DNA of 63,945 nt, filler included, from Cladosporium halotolerans (lineage: Eukaryota), in assembly GCF_011745625.1 (NCBI RefSeq). It is 4 parts of 4 records of this genome, joined end to end, with 100 filler letters (N's around TTAATTAATTAA, not from the genome) between each part and the next. Parts side by side here need not be neighbours in the genome. Positions count along the whole stretch, not along the records: positions 48,396 to 63,945 come from NW_027191560.1; 3 more parts are not named here. One strand, 5' to 3'. Below, one piece after another: positions 62,701-63,945 of the stretch; position 1 is the stretch's first letter, and each line of letters opens with the position of its first letter. The notes beneath the pieces were generated by a model. The model was given only the letters and a program-made list of their open reading frames with translations. It did no database searches and was not told the DNA's origin. Both the position numbers and the translations under genes were made by a program.

Positions 62701-63846
62701 TTTTCTATCTTATCGATGAACGGCCACAAGTTGTTTAACGAAAGCAAGTTCACCCCAGCTTGAGGTGAATACTGGACATCTGGAATCTCGAGCCAGTGTG
62801 GTTTGTCGTTTGATTTGCAAAGGATCTTTATCGTGCCTTTGCCCACTGGCGTCACTTGAGCCCCTCCGATGCCATTCGACACGACTCCTGTGAGAGCCTC
62901 GAATGTGCCGTCGACGAATACGTCTTTGCGGCCCACTAGGTGACCGCTGGCTCCGGTGTCCAATATCCAGATGTCCCAAAGGTTGACGCCGCGATGTATT
63001 GTCATGACTTCGTCGGACGTCGCATGGTTCTTCTTCTTGAAGAGACACACTTCTTGTGGTGCTAGTGGTGTTTCTGATGACACCGTCAGCAGTACAGCGT
63101 TGTAGCCGGTTTCGGGAGATTTGCTCCCTCTCGGCCCCATTATGGTTACCCCTGCGTCATCATCATCTCGTCGCCGTTTCGGTGGAGCGAGACGGTCTTG
63201 CAGGTCCATCCTTTGTCTCCACCATTCTGGTGCGTTACGGTCATCCATCTTCCAGCAATTTTTGCCGTGGATGTTGCCGCAGTGTGGACAGAGCTTTCTC
63301 CTGAAGCCGGTGTTGGCTCTCTTCTCGCCGCTTGTGCGCGCGAGGAACGCCTGTGATGCTTCGGTCTTCAGGTTTCTCGCTTCGAAGTCTTCTGCTGCTG
63401 CGATCGTCTTTTTCAGGGTGACAGCATCTTGGGTCTCACCGGCAACCGTCATTGGCACGATCGTGTAGTGCAGGTTGAAGGAGGTGCGGAAGTCATTGAA
63501 CTCACTTCCCAAGCCGTAGAGAAACTTCTGCACGACGAATGCCTCCGGTAGCGCTACCGACTTGTCGATCGCCCGCATCTGTTCCCAGATCTTGCGTAAC
63601 TCTGACCCGAAGTTGCCGACTCCGCTGCACACTGATAATGCGATGTCGTTGAAGCGTGAGCACAGCTTGTCATACTGGCCAGAGCCCGATGGCTCATAGT
63701 TCGATCGCAGCTCTTCGAAAGTATTTTTGATAGTGGCACATTCGTTCACGATGGCCTCTGCGTTGTATCCGCATCTGTCGCGGATTGCTGCGAGGGCGCG
63801 GGCTTGTTTGTCTTCCCATGCTTCTACTCGCGTCTCGTAAGCATTG
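59742..63846 (-). CDS. copia gag-pol polyprotein, 5'-partial, no internal stops
   Basis: CPHCGNIH..C, WILDTGASGH, WHDRMGH..C..C, HTDV/LDRGGE/AE integrase, YVDD, DADWAG...ADGLTK. Confidence 0.95.
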
Positions 63847-63945
63847 CAGTGGTGTCCACAAGCAAGCAAGCGCCATGCTTGAGGTCCGCCCGCTTGCTTG
63901 CTTGATTTGGGGTCGTGTGCTTGCTTGCTTGCTTGATTCGACCGA
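63847..63945. mobile_element. hAT-type terminus (CAGTGGTGTCCAC, (AAGC)n/(GCTT)n repeats); continues past the window end
   Basis: Begins with CAG exactly where copia gag homology stops; tetramer subterminal repeats in both orientations. Confidence 0.8.

Larger units (their letters stand above)
59561..63846 (-). mobile_element. Ty1/copia retrotransposon with 3' LTR; gag interrupted by a hAT at 63847
   Basis: Continuous gag-pol frame, polypurine tract AAAGGGGGG (59669-59677, minus strand), then the LTR. Confidence 0.96.

Noticed and set aside
63847..63869. Predicted start MLACGHHC of the 1375-aa ORF
   Set aside because: These codons come from the inserted hAT terminus, not from gag.

Overview
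Transposon-rich accessory region from a filamentous ascomycete (short GT-AG introns with CTRAC/CTAAC-type branch points, Zn2Cys6 factors, Tad1-type LINEs). It is a scaffold with three 100-nt gaps that contain an artificial TTAATTAATTAA spacer. Host genes: (i) two diverged copies of a transporter pair (Dal5/ACS-family MFS plus hexose/sugar porter), head-to-head in copy A and tail-to-tail in copy B, i.e. circularly permuted; (ii) a divergent pair of a CYP55/P450nor-like P450 and an NAD-dependent epimerase; (iii) a divergent pair of PrpD (2-methylcitrate dehydratase family) and a ComA/HSA32-like protein, both with mitochondrial-type presequences; (iv) a class I terpene synthase, an Fcr1-like Zn2Cys6 factor and an Est1/SMG6-like gene, each interrupted by a single in-frame stop; (v) two further Zn2Cys6 genes and a probable GPI-anchored Ser/Thr-rich protein. 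Mobile elements: termini or remnants of about six hAT types, three pogo/Fot1 elements, several Tad1-like LINE pieces (one ORF1-only), two Ty1/copia elements (one with a 108-bp LTR) and a solo LTR. No rRNA, tRNA, CRISPR array or Starship captain (tyrosine recombinase) was seen. The best candidate for an undescribed system is the PrpD-ComA pair. All family calls come from motif recognition by eye; no database search was run.
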